Assembly: GCA_013265495.1 (NCBI GenBank)
Contig: MU061578.1
Coordinates: forward strand, 1,869,308 to 1,933,307
Source of the DNA: Vicugna vicugna
Lineage: Eukaryota
Direction: 5' to 3'
Length of the DNA stretch: 64,000 nt
Within the stretch, counting starts at the first letter, position 1, and each line of letters opens with the position of its first letter. Shown here in pieces: positions 39,066 to 51,935 of this stretch. The translations under genes and the position numbers were made by a program. The notes beneath the pieces were generated by a model, which was not told the DNA's origin, ran no database searches, and was given only the letters and a program-made list of their open reading frames with translations.

Positions 39066-40695
39066 GCACTTTGTCATTTGGCCCAGACCTCCTTTCCAGC
39101 TTCAGCTCTTTCTGTCTCACCCTCCCCGTGACCTCAGGAAACAATGTGAATTTCCCTGGTAGGTGGGTATCAGGGTCCCCGCATAGGATAAGTAGCCTCT
39201 GTCACATTCAACGGGAAAAGTGCCCCCCAGGATCGTGCAGCATGGTTTTCCAAAGCCTGATTCCCGGGAAAGGGCATTGATGCTGCCCTCAACTCACAGA
39301 AGAGGTGGGGGGGAGGATGGATACGCAGAAGTCCTGTCCCACAGTCAGCACTGCTGACATTCAACAGGTTGATTGGTCCCAGACAGTCCTTACCAATCCA
39401 AGTGGAAGACCACAAAGTCACTGCGTTACTAAATTGTTTTGGCAAAGGAGAGAACACAGGACTGAGGCCACACAGAGGTCTGCGGATACATCGCAGAGCA
39501 TGAACCTTAAACGTGTTTTGACCTCAGGACTCTGATCTCCCTCCTTTGTTCCAGCTTCTAACACTGAGATTAAAGGAATGCTTCCCGGGACACCCGTGTA
39601 ACAAGACAGCCGATCTCAAAGCTAAGGTAGAGATGTTTTTAAAGTGGCTACTTAAGGGAGAGAGGAGGGTAGAAATGATCACATACATACACATTCAAAT
39701 TTCATGAAGATGAAATCCAGTTGTAAAACCACCAGGATTGCAAAAAAAAAAAAAAAACTGTCATGTTGGGGAAAAAAAGGTTGAAACATTCTACTCCCAT
39801 TTGGTCCCAATATTCAAAAGAACATACATTTTGTAATCCAGGGAAACCCTCCATTCATCTGAGAATGAGCCACTGTCCTCAGCCTTAATTCCATAAACAG
39901 CCTTTGCACAAGCTGTTCAGTGACACAGTGCAAAAATGGGGTCCCTCCTGGCGTGACATTCCATCCGGCTGGGACTCGTACCACATTCTCCTCTCCTTAG
40001 GAAGCAAACTGCTCCTCTGATGTTTCCCCACTGTGTCCAATTATGCTGCTCCGTTGCTAAATGAGCTCTTAGGCATTCAATACATTTTTAAGGAAATGGA
40101 TCGGCGTGATTATTCTGGGAAACACAAAGCTCATGAAGGAACAGGGCAAATTACGAACTTCAGGAAATATTGGTCTTTGTATATTAATCACACTAATAAT
40201 ATTACAAATGAGAGACAGACAAATCCACTTCCCTCCTGTGCATGATTTGCTTAGTTTGATCCCTTTGAAGCAAGTGTGCAGAGTATTGTTTTGATGTATT
40301 TAGTCCCCTCCTTGATTGTTTTCAATTATTGCTGCATTTTTTAAAATCAGGACAAGAAAACTGGAAAGCTACAAAATTTTTCCAACAAGCAGTAAAATCT
40401 GTAGAACACACTGTGATGAAAAATGGAAGAGCTAAGAGAATGACAAATATATACAGCACACACAACCCTGCCTCCTCATTCTAAGTCCATGGCAGACATC
40501 CCTAATCAATTACAGAATCCTGGCCCACAGAGATCACCAGTGGCCTCAAACTCCTTACCTATCAATTGGAATTGACATCCTTGTGACCTAGGTCAGCTCA
40601 ATCAAAGCTGACCTAGGGACAAAGCCATGAAATTCTGGTAGGTAGAGTGGCCCCCCAGGACTTACGGTGAGTAAGTGTCAAAACAAGAGAAGCCA

Positions 40696-41519
40696 ATGTG
40701 AATCAACAAAGCTAGAACACTCCCTCATACCACACACAAAAATAAACTCAAAATGGCTTAAAGGCTTAAACATAAGACAGGACACCATACATAGAGAAGA
40801 TAACATAGGTAAAACATTCTCTGACATAAATCATAGCACTATTTTCCTAGGTCAGTCTCCAAAGGCAACTGAAATAAAAGCAAAAATAAACAACTGGGAC
40901 CTAATTAAACTAATAAGCTTTTGCACAGCAAAAGACATCATAAACAAAATGAAAAGGAAATCTACGGACTGGGGGAAAATATTTGCAAATGATGCAACTG
41001 ATAAGGGCTTAACTTTCAGAACACACAAACAGCTCACAGAACTCAACAACAAAATAAACAAACAACCCAATCCAAAAATGGGCAGAAAACCTAAAAAGAT
41101 ATTTCTCCAATGAAGATATACAGATCACCAATAGGCATATGCTCAATATTGTTAATTATCAGAGAAATGCAAATCAAAACTGCAACGAGGTATCACCTCA
41201 CACCAGTCAGAATATCCATTAATAAAAAGTCCACAAACAACAAATGCTGGAGAGGGCATGGAGAAAAGGGACCCTCCCACACTGTTGATGGGAATATAAT
41301 TTGGTGCAGCCATTATGGAAATCAGTGGAGATTCCTTAAAAAACTAAAAATAGACTTATCCTGTGATCCAGCAATTCCATTCCTGGGCGTATATCCAGAG
41401 AAAACTCTAATTCAAAAAGACACATGCACCCCAGTATTCACAGCAGCACTATTTACAATAGCCAAGACAGGGAAGCAATCTAAATGTCCATCAACAGATG
41501 AAAGGATAAAAAGGCTGTG

Positions 41520-41564
<45 letters not shown>

Positions 41565-42015
41565 GAAATACTACTCAGCCATAAAAAAGAATGAAATAAT
41601 GTCATTTGCAGCAACATGGATGGACCTGGAGATAATCATACTAAGTGGAGTAAATCAGACAGAGAAAGACAAATACCATATGATATCACTGATATGTGGA
41701 ATCTTAAAAATGACACAAATAAACTTATTTACAAAACAGAAACAGACTCACATAGAAAACAAACTTATGGTTACCAAAGGGGAAGGGGAGGGGGGTAAAT
41801 TAGGAGTCTGGGATTAGTGGATACACACTACTACATATAAAACAGATAAACAAAAAGGTCCTACTGTATAGCACAGGGAACTATATTCAATATCTTGTAA
41901 TAACCCATAATGAAAAAGAATATATATATTTATATGTATGTATGTATGTATAGCTGAATCATTATGTTGTACATGTGAAACTAACACAACATGGTAAATT
42001 AAATATACTTCAACT
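40696..42015 (+). mobile_element. 5'-truncated artiodactyl L1 (~1.3 kb, ORF2 C-terminus plus 3'UTR)
   Basis: ORFs 40667-41113 and 41110-41817 contain [48 protein letters not shown] and [13 protein letters not shown]. Frameshifted, with a (CA)n insertion at 41522-41561. Confidence 0.95.
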
Positions 42016-42059
42016 TTCTTAAATGCGCTATTTTATGCCGACCATGTACCACAAGTGGT

Positions 42060-42205
42060 AACTGGCAAAACAGTTCATTAGTTCAGTATTTCTCCTCCCG
42101 GACTACATGTCCCCAAACGTTGGAGGACCCCGTCTGCTTACTTTCTACAACGTTTAGCACTGCTTGTATAGAGATCAGCCCACAACCAAGTCAGTGTGTG
42201 AATTA
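42060..42205 (+). mobile_element. L2 3' end
   Basis: tttctcctcccggactacatgtcccc...tttagcactgcttgtatagag. Confidence 0.5.
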
Positions 42206-42464
42206 TAAACAGCACAGCTTCCTAGAGGATCCTCCCTTCATGTTTTCATTCTGCCCCTTTCTCCCGTGCACATCCACATCCCGGGATATCCTTAGATGTC
42301 ACCTGCCCAAAAATCACAGGGCAGCTCTTTCCTGAAGGTGTCGCATAAGACATCTGCTCCATCAAACAAGTAAATGTCCTTTTGTATTGTTATGAGTAAA
42401 GAAATTAAGTTTCTAAACTCAGCTCTGTCATCTGACCTCCCAAAGCTTCCCCCGACTTCCTCCA

Positions 42465-42576
42465 CCCAGCGGATCCTAGCCCACACTGTTGACCCACGGA
42501 ATTGTGAGCTGAATTAATGGTTATTCTAAGCCTCTAGGTTTTGGGGTAGTTTGATGGAGCAGAAGCTAATTGATAC
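42465..42576 (+). mobile_element. MLT1 (MaLR) LTR 3' end
   Basis: gacccacggaattgtgagc...aagcctctaggttttggggtagtttg...gcagaagctaattgataca. Confidence 0.75.
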
Positions 42577-42584
42577 ACTACTAG

Positions 42585-42815
42585 GTTGAGAACAAAGGTT
42601 CTCGAATGGGGTGGCCTGAGCTGCAGTTCTGAGCCGTCCACTGAACGACAGTGCAATCAGAAGGACATTCATTTAAGCCTCAATCCCCTCCTGTGTACAA
42701 TGGAAATAATAAGAGCATTTTCCCAACAATGTTCTAATTATTAAATGAGTTAATATACGTAAGTACCAGGTACACAGTTAGTGTTCAATAGACATTAGTG
42801 ATTATTGTTACTTTT
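42585..42815 (+). mobile_element. MIR SINE
   Basis: tttaagcctcaatcccctcctgtgtacaatggaaataata...ttaaatgagttaatatacgtaag. Confidence 0.75.
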
Positions 42816-44769
42816 TGAGAATTAAATAGATTCATTCCAATCACTAATTTATTGAATTTATCTCCTCAATTCTTCCAGCATCTTGTTTTTGCATAGGAAA
42901 CAGCTATTTGCATATAGCTATAAAGTCTTTTACTAAGAAGATGGGGAAAATATATTTATTATTATCTATAATTTTCTCCTCTTATTATTTCCCTGGTATA
43001 AGTGTAATCCTGACTTAAAAGGAGATTCATGGTCAAGTGCATGCTGGAAAAAGGAGGCATTTTTTGTTGTGCTGAATTATAAAAGGAGAATCATGTCTTT
43101 TATTTTTCTTTAAAATAGGGGATTTGGATCACATTTTTAGGAACAAATAACACTCTAAAACATGAAGTATGCAACATTCAATCCAAAGAAAAGTTTCCTC
43201 TTTAAATTTTAAAGACCACTAAGTTTAAAATGTATATATTCTGTATTTAAAACCATCCATTTTTTCCAACAGTGAGAGGATGTCTTCCATCCGCAGAATT
43301 ACAAGTAAAGACAATCTTTCTGGGTTTTTTTTCTTTTCTTTTTTTTTTTTCCTGGAGTCTTGAAAATCTGGAAGGAAACCGATATTTACATTCGGGCTCG
43401 TATTTTGCATTAAATTCATATACATACTAAATTTCTCCTTCCTCCTCCACTGAAAGTACTATTAGCTCATGCTCTATTTTCCTACATGCATAAAAAGCAA
43501 ATAACAACTTATCTCTTTTTATGAGCTGCTCATAAAGCAAAATCCATTCTTATGTGTGTGACTTAACCCTTAGAAGCATCTGTATGAGCCGTTCCCATGT
43601 GCTTGTCCCGAAACGCACGGAGGGAAAGGCAGGGTGGAAACAGAAAGGCAACACACAACAGACAACAAGGCGAGGGAAAGTCCTCACAGACCAGGCGCCA
43701 GGACAGCCGAGCCCCACGTGACGTCTTCTCCTTGGAGAAAGAGCTTAGCTTTGGAGTTTTGCTCCTGGTTTAATAGCTAAGGCAACTCGGAGCTTTACAA
43801 ATGGCCTTTCAGGCTAGAGAACGACACTGCGGTCTCTAGGGTAAAAGGTAAGGGGACGTCATTTATCTTAACTACCTCTCAGAGGCTGATGCATCCGCAT
43901 GACGTGGCCTGTCACTGCGATAAGCCAAAAAGGCCTCAGTTCTGCACATCACATCTACCCATGGCCCTCAAAGAACTCTGGGGCACGGGAGGCATACATC
44001 ATTTTTAAAATAAATGCTGATCACTTTTCCCCTTCACCTCCACTTTTATTAAACAGACAGTCCAAAAGGTTTGTGTGTGTGCATGAGAAATAGGTTACGG
44101 ATTGTTATAGTCAGTAACCACATAGTTCCCCCGTGTCACAAAACAGACATTTGGAGGTGGAGGCTCTCGGGTGATTCTTCAGTATCCCTGTCCCCTCCCC
44201 ATACTGGCTTCTTGATTCCTGAGCATGAGATGGTGGTTCCATTTTCTGAACAGAATACCCCTTCCAGGCAAGAAGGAGCATAAAAGGGGAGAGGCAAGGG
44301 GCAAAAAGGCTTGTGCAAGCTTAGAAGCTTCCTTCAGACTTCACTCGTGTGTCATTGGTTCCACGGCCACCCCCAGTTGCAAAAAAAAAGAAAACAAAAT
44401 TCAAACACCCAGGTCTCACTGCAGACATCCCAAGTCAAGAGCTCTGGAGGTATGCTTTCAAAGAGCTTCCAGGGAATCTCGGGTAACACGTTTGTGGAGG
44501 GCTGGGGTCAAAAACCAAGAGTGTCTGCAACAGAAAGGCATGTGAGACAATAATAATACGATGACTCTTTCCCCTGTTAAAAATCTCAGGAGGAATGAGC
44601 TACGATCACCACTTTAAAGACAAGAAAAGTCAATAGAAAATGACAACATTTCACTTCACACAGAAGTCTGAAGAGGTTAATGAAGAAAATGTTCCTGGAA
44701 GCCAATGCTTTCGATGAGCAGTTCTTTAGACATTAAAAGACCTGCTGATGAAAGGACCAGTCCACACGA

Positions 44770-44870
44770 CAAGATTCAGAAAGTCTGTGCTCTTAAATTC
44801 TAACAGCTCTTTCACCTACGGTCTTGGGAGAGGCATTCCCTTTCTGAACCTCGGTTTCAGTGTCTGTTGG
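44770..44870 (+). mobile_element. MIR fragment
   Basis: gtcttgggagaggcattccctttctgaacctcggtttc. Confidence 0.55.
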
Positions 44871-46019
44871 GCTATACCTCAACAGCTTCCCGCTACATTA
44901 CTGAAAATCTATCTGCAATCCTAAAGTACAAGAAGAATTTGGGGCTCTTTGGAGAGAAGGATTTATAGGAACTTAAGTCACATTTTTTTTTAACATTCTT
45001 AGCATAATGATCACCCGACGACTTTTAAGAATTCCAGGGGAAGATTGCATTAAGGTCCCAAATGGTTAATTACTCCATTCAATACCCCCAAAATCCTGGC
45101 CCAAATGTTTCAGTTAAGTCCACAAAGTCCTTTGCATAAAACCACACGACAAACTTTGTTATAAATGGGGGACCTGGCAATGCCTCCTAGGCTAATAGGA
45201 ACTTTTGCTTTCCGACATTAACCATTTTGCTAAAGCTGGTTATGATTCCCCACACATTACTTGAAAACCAATTTCATTCAAGACAAAAGAGTGTGAGCAG
45301 GGTATTACATTTTATGCCTAAATTATGCAAATTTCGTGGAGTGATATTGTATTGTGAGCAATTCCCTTTCTTCCAGTTTTCATTGTAGCATGAGTTAAAG
45401 TAAATTTCACTCTCCTCATTTGCAAAAGGTGAATACTTTCTCTTTTAAAACCCTAGAGGAAAGGACTGACTTTTAATGAGCAGTTATCTAATATAAAAAT
45501 CTCTTACATCTATTACTGACATCATTCCCAAGTATTAAACGCACATTCCAGATCGGGTTGATCTTGATGCAATTAATCCTTGGAGAAAGGGCTTCCCAAC
45601 CAAGCCCTGTCTGTTCCAAAGACAAACCGGGAGGTGAGATAGAGGATGTGGGCTGTTGCACACCAAACTCTGCCGCTTTGGGTACCAAGCTCTCGGAACA
45701 AGGTCACTGCCGTTTTCTGTAACACTCTCCTAGTTCAGTAGCAGGCAATGGGGGTGTGGCTATCACTCTTTCCATTCTTAAAGATCACCGTCAGACTCTT
45801 CCACGCTTTCTCCCCTGTAGCTCATCCCCTCTCAGAAAAAGAGAGGCACCCGGAGGAGACTGGGGACAGGCCAACACTCCTGGAGTGGGAGGCTCCTGAC
45901 TGGCCTTGACCACTGACCACTGCTGTCATCCTCACCTACGTACAACTAGACTAATCTTCACATCCCTTGCTAGAGTAAATGGTGCACATGGAGCAGGAAT
46001 GGACCTAGCAGGAAATCAG

Positions 46020-46600
46020 TTACTACTTCCTTAGGTGAAAGCAACATCAATTGCACTGGCTTTGAAAAACAGGGCTTTATTCTTCGCACACTAAGTCTAG
46101 CCCCTTACTTCTCCAAGTGTGGGCTGTGGACCAGAAGCATCAGCATTGTCTGAAATTTGGACAGAAACACAATTCTTGCATCCCATCTCAGACCTGCTAA
46201 ACCAGCATTTCTGGGACTGTGGACCAGCAACCTGTGCTTTAAAGAAAGCCTTTAGGTGATTTTTATGTGCGCCAAGTTCGAAAAGATCTCATCTGGAAGA
46301 AGATGGTTGCTGCATCAGAGCTGATGTATCTGTGGTTCCCCCTCACACTTCCTCAAAGTCAGGAAATGATTGCCACAGCTCCAGGCATCATGTCTATGTT
46401 CCAGGCAGGGAGAAGGAGGAAAGGGAACAGGTGTACCACCCTTGACTAACCACTTTTATCATGCTTTTGTCTCAAGGAAGTTTTAAGAGAGCTTGAGGTA
46501 GAAAAATACTGGCTTTTCAGCCTCTACAGTGAGAGATGGCAAAGAACAAGAAGACTGGAAATAACTTCTTGATTTGGAAATGTGGTTTTGCTATAGTAGG
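46020..46600 (-). mobile_element. MLT1-family LTR remnant interrupted by MER5A
   Basis: cactggctttgaaaaacagggctttattc...atgattgccacagctccaggcatcatgtctatgttccaggcagggagaagg. Confidence 0.65.
46103..46290. mobile_element. MER5A (hAT-Charlie MITE)
   Basis: ttctccaagtgtggg...ggaccagaagcatcagcatt...cagacctgctaa...aacctgtgctttaaagaaagcctttaggtgatt. Confidence 0.85.
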
Positions 46601-46679
46601 GCATCAAGAATTCGGAAGAATCATTCTATAGCATTCACACTGGAATCTCTCTCTACTCGAAAACATTCATTCACATTAG

Positions 46680-47820
46680 GTTAAATGTTTGGATTGGTGT
46701 TTGGAAATAGCTTGCTAGGTATAAATACATCTTAAGTCAGTCCTCGCCTTTCACTATATGCCTTTTTGTACATCTTGAATTTGGTACCATGTGCATGAAT
46801 TACTTATTAGAAAATCAAGAAAGAACATCAAGAAAGAAGGATCACTACCTCCCTTGTTATAGAGAATAGGTGAAGTAAACCGATTCTCACATACTGATTT
46901 TGTTTAAGATCACACTCATGAATAACAGAAATTACTTGGATGATACATTAGAACACAGACTAATAATTATACACAGACTAATTATATAATACTGAGATTA
47001 TACAATGCAATCTTTGAAAATGCATATGCGTTTTTGTTCTGCTTGATGCATAGAGCTTTTAGTCATGTATGTGTTACACTCTCTAAATGTAATCTGGGCA
47101 GCTGAATTGTTAAAACATAAGGCAGATATCTATTGAGAAAATGTACCCAGAGATGTAGCATATAAAATAACTACCCTTACTGGTAATCAGAGAAATTTCA
47201 ATTAAACAACAATGATATAGTTCCTGTTAGAAAAAATGTCGAAGTGGCTCTAACACCCACAACTGGTGGGGATCCAGAGAAAGCACACTAAAACCCTTTG
47301 CAGTGGCTTTATAAGTCAGTATGACCCCTTTGAAAAGCAAGTTGTAAATATATATATATAAAATAGCCATATAAAATATTCCCTTTTCCCTGATCCTGTA
47401 ATTATATTTCTAGGAATCTGTCCTAAAAACATAATCTTAAATATAGGAAAAGATGCTCATTGGAACATTACTTAGAATAAAAAAAGGTAAAATTTAACTC
47501 TCCCTAAAATAGAGATAGCAATTTAATACTTTATAGTTTTACACACGCACACACTCAGTGAAGTATTTGACAGCTATTTAAAATTATGGTTATAGAAACT
47601 AGATCACTAGGTACCTATGAGACAGTGTTTCATTTTTTTAAAAAAAATCTAAAGTTCATGCTCATTATGATCAAAGCCACATAAATTAAAGAATACACGG
47701 GAAGGAATACACTGCAAATGTAATGCTGATTGTATTATGATGAATATTTTTTATTTTCGTCATAATTTTCCATTAGGGGCTCAGTAATAGTGCTATGTTA
47801 CTTTTTAATGAAAAATGCAT
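46680..47820 (+). mobile_element. Very old L1 (L1ME-like) 3' remnants
   Basis: ctggtaatcagagaaatttcaattaaacaacaatg...ctttgaaaagcaa...atttctaggaatctgtcctaa. Confidence 0.6.
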
Positions 47821-48454
47821 TCCAAATAAAAACACACTGTTAAAGCATTTTGTATCTCTTGGAAGAAAGAGCTCTTTACACATAGTTTATGACCACGAAA
47901 AAACAGTCTTCTTGGAATTTTGATTGTTTTTTGGCTAGTCAAAAATCTCACTGGTTGAGAGAGATAATATTAACAACACGAATGACAAATGATCAAGGAC
48001 CCACAAGTCAATATAAGCTACGTGGCTGACGGACTCCCGCAGGACAGCTCATATCAGGCCTTAAGTCCTTCTTGTCTCTTTTCAACTCCTCTGGTGTCAG
48101 TAGAGCCAGCTAAACACCGTAGGCCGTGTTAACTGAGTCTAAAAGAATAAAGGAACAGGCCTCATGTCTATGCTGGGTGGGCAGTGGGAAGGGGCAAGAC
48201 CCCATTTCTCAGCACAATTCTCTCAGTCCCATAAAGACAAGGGGTGAAATGTTCATGAAGTTGTGCCAATTAATTAGCACTTCAAGAAAGGAAACTGAAT
48301 GTATGTGTTATGTGTGTGTATTGTGTATGATGTGTGTAGAGATAGAGAGAGATTGACAGATACATGAATACAGTTATAGATACATATGGAGACACAGAAA
48401 TATTTACAGGTCCAAAGAGAGTTAGTTGATGGACACAGACATACATATACATAT

Positions 48455-48590
48455 TACTGGACACTAATTATATGTTATATGTTCAGGTTTTCTGCTTCCT
48501 ACATATCACCGTGGTCCTTCGTGGGGATTAATCTATCCCCACTTTACAGATAAAGCAATTCAGAGGTCAAGAAGTTGTTCAAGGTCATTC
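48455..48590 (-). mobile_element. MIR SINE
   Basis: tatccccactttacagataaagcaa...cagaggtcaagaagttgttcaaggtca. Confidence 0.7.
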
Positions 48591-48764
48591 CACAACATAA
48601 TGCCCATTTGGAGAGAACATCACTTGATCAACACAATATAAAGCCCAGGTATGACCAACGCACATTTTCTATAGGAAAAGCAGCAAGGCTTGTGCTGGGT
48701 ATGCCAAAATCACCGGCCACAAATTATGAGTTTTGCTCCTGATTTAATATTTGATTTTTTTTTA

Positions 48765-48778
48765 CCGCCCCCTCTTGG
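48765..48778 (-). promoter_or_regulatory. Candidate CTCF site with abutting AP-1 motif
   Basis: Minus strand CCAAGAGGGGGCGG resembles the CTCF core. TGACTCA at 48779-48785. Motif match only. Confidence 0.4.
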
Positions 48779-49424
48779 TGACTCAGTATCTCAGCATAAA
48801 CGTATACCTGTGTCACAGATGTGGTCCCTGAGTCACCTAAAAGCTCCCTAGCATGCCTCAATTTTGACATATACACAACTGACCTTTATGCTTTCATGTC
48901 AAAAATCATAGTTAATACCACATTCGTGCTTGTATGCTGCACTTAAGAAGAAAATGTGTAATTAGGGTTTCTGTCTTTTGCTTTTTCACTTCGACTAATT
49001 CCACTTGGGACTTACTAATAAGTTTAATGGAGATTCTGGCTTTGGTATTAGCTGATAAAATTGAAGTATATTGGGAACCTTTGGAAGTTTCAAGGGATAT
49101 GTGATTTAATTCCACTGCCAAAATGTTTCTATTTGTAACCATGTTATCCTGCATGTTGTGAACGAGAGGTGGCAAAAGCAGGTTTTCCCTCTTCTTCGAA
49201 ACAAACCAAGACAGCTAGCTAGTCATATTCACATTCGTGTCTCAAGGAATAACTCTAGAATTCACTTGACACACTGAAGAGAAGTAGATGGGCATTTTTA
49301 AATATTATTCGACTGAAAAAGCTTGTGGGCTCAACAAATCAACTGATGAAAATAACGTATGGGACCCATACGAATTGCCACCCATACGTTACCGCCCCGT
49401 ATTTTTTCAGCACTGATTATGCAC

Positions 49425-49545
49425 CTCTTCATTCGTGCATGCCGTCACTCAACAGATCTGTCAGGTGCGTGTGTAATACTTCATGCCCTAAATGAGACCC
49501 GCAGGTTACTCAGATACTGCAGTGAGCAGGGGGAAGTCCCCGTGA
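49425..49545 (-). mobile_element. L2 3' end (degenerate)
   Basis: ttcattcgtgcatgccgtcactcaacagat...gatactgcagtgagcagg. Confidence 0.45.
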
Positions 49546-51365
49546 CGTGACGGGGCGTGTCCAGAGTCCACACGCAGGTGGTGCCCATCTGCTTTGGGTG
49601 GCCAAGGAGGGGGAGGGGGGTCAAACTGCAAATCAACTCCTCATTTGACTTCCCTGATACTCTCCCCTCCACCCGAGCAGCCTCCTATTAATATTTAAGT
49701 GTTTTCCTATCACATTTTCTCAGGTCTAAGTGAGCACAGAGACTGTCCACAACATCAACTTGATAACAACGTGCTCCATTTCACAGTAGGGGAAATGCGC
49801 GCATATTCAAATAAAGGAAATACGGTAGCAGCGTTTAGACTTCTGGGGCAACGTTTTTGTTCACCGACATACCTCTGAAAGTGGGACATTTACTCAAATA
49901 ATGCTTGTTTCTAGCTTCCGAAGAATTCTATTTTTAAAAAAAGAATCCCCCCGATGAATAGACAGAACGCAGCCCTCATAACACAGAGGTGAAATGATGG
50001 AAGCTAAGAGACGTTTCCAGCCAACCCATTAATCCAGCAAAGCTTTGTGTTAAGGCGCGGCTATGTCAGAACGGGTTACCTCAAGAGGGCTTTCTTTTGA
50101 ACTTGAACTGCCAAATTTCCAAGCAGACACCAAAGAGCTTCAGTTTAAGTGGGCAAAAGGTGAGCAGTCAAAAGGAAAGTAGAAAGAACAGAAGACCAGG
50201 CGGGTTATCAAAGAAGAGCTTCCAAGGCAGGGGAAAAAAAAAGTAAGTGAAATAGGGAAAGTTTTCAGAAAGTCAACATTCAAGGAAAGCCGCACTTAAA
50301 AATATAAATCATTCACGGGCGTCTATGTAGGAGAAAGAAAGAACCTGCTTTCCAGTTTTCAGGCACCCTAGGAGGCCTTCAGGAGATAAATAGGCACAAA
50401 CAGAAGCTGGATCAGAGATTATAACCAGACATGAGGTCTAAGCTAGAAGAAGACAAAATAAAAACCAGTTACCATGTGAGTCTGTTGAATACTTGGCTTC
50501 GGCTCACTGGAGAGTTTGAAACTGTAGTTCATCAATATCTCTAGCAGAGGCTCATCAGGAGACAAGACTAAGCCAAGCAAAACAGGTAACACTCCTGACT
50601 GCTGCTGCCGCTCTGACGGAAAGACGGCTGTGATGTGATTGGCGAAGGCTGAAACTCTCAATTAGAATCTATTTTTCCAACAAGTGTGATCACTTGTGCC
50701 GACTCCCCTTCAGGGCTCCATGGAGGGGATCCACACACGTGAAAAGATGTCATCTCTGACTTCTAGATGGCCAAACCTTTATGGTTTCGATCTTTAACCT
50801 TTGAGAATTGTCCCAACCTTTCACTTTGCTGATATCCTCTTACAGATCTCAGCAATGGGAAGAACAGCCGGTAGATTTCTCCTAGGCTGTAAAGGCGGTC
50901 GACTGATTGGAATCTTTATGTAGCCCTTTCAACGTGCAAGAAATCACACCAGGTGGAATGAGTCAGAATACTAGCTTTCCAAGCGCTTGCGTGTTCCAGG
51001 GAAATGAGATGTGCCCACATGACCATCAGACAGGAGAAACAGTCCAGAGGGAGGGAGGGACACAAGTGTGCTCAAAAAAAAAAAAAATCTAGAGAAGGGA
51101 AAAAAAAAAGATTCTCATCCAATCGAAGGACGAGGAGGAGACTGAAGGAGGCAGTATCTTTGAGGAAAGAAAAGAACGGAATGTTTTCAACAGGATGTTT
51201 ACAATTGCATGTGTTCCATGCATGGGGGTTGGGAGAAAGTGCATGCTCAAGTGGATACATTTAGGAGAAGATGCCCGAAATCCCTATCACTTCATCTCTA
51301 TCTCACTCCATCTCTCATGCTTGGAGATTCCTAATGCACATCGGCATATTAAAGATTACTGTGGA

Positions 51366-51762
51366 CTTTCTCTATCTGACTCACAGAATCTAGACAAATA
51401 TCACATGATATCACTTATATGTGGCATCTTAAAAACATGACACAAATTCTATTGACAAACCAAAACCAGACTTACGGACATAGAAAACAAACTATGGTTA
51501 CCAAAGGGGAAAGAGTGGGGAGGGATAAATTAGGGGTTGGGGATTAACAGACACACATTATTATATACAAAATAGATAAATAATAAGGACCTACTGCACA
51601 GCATGGGGAACTATATTCAATTTCTTGTAGTGCGATATAATGGAAAAGAATCTGAAAAGAAAAAAAATATACGTATGTATATGTGTAATTGAATCACTTT
51701 GCCGTTCACCTGAAACTAACATTGAAATCAACTATTCTTCAATAAAAACACTTAAAAAAAAA
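51366..51762 (+). mobile_element. 5'-truncated L1 with short 5' inversion and perfect 15-bp TSD
   Basis: TSD aaagattactgtgga at 51351-51365 and 51763-51777. Sense L1 3' end runs from 51392 to the A-tail; 51366-51384 is antisense L1. Confidence 0.92.
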
Positions 51763-51935
51763 AAAGATTACTGTGGAGACAGGGCGGGGTTGGAGGACTA
51801 GGGAAAGGAGAGGGAGAGAACAGCTCAGTGACAAGAGGAGCTGGGTCCATTTGAGGAACTACACACCACCGTGTTGGAGAACAATGAGCAAGTATGGAAG
51901 TGGATGGTGAGGAGGTCGGAGAGATAGGCTTAGAG

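Noticed and set aside
40667..41817. The longest ORFs (148 and 235 aa) as a host gene
   Set aside because: They are frameshifted L1 ORF2 C-terminal sequence in a 5'-truncated copy with a microsatellite insertion.
43225..43425. Protein-like stretch MEDILSLLEKMDGFKY
   Set aside because: No convincing splice sites and no recognised homology; the ORF runs through a poly-T tract.
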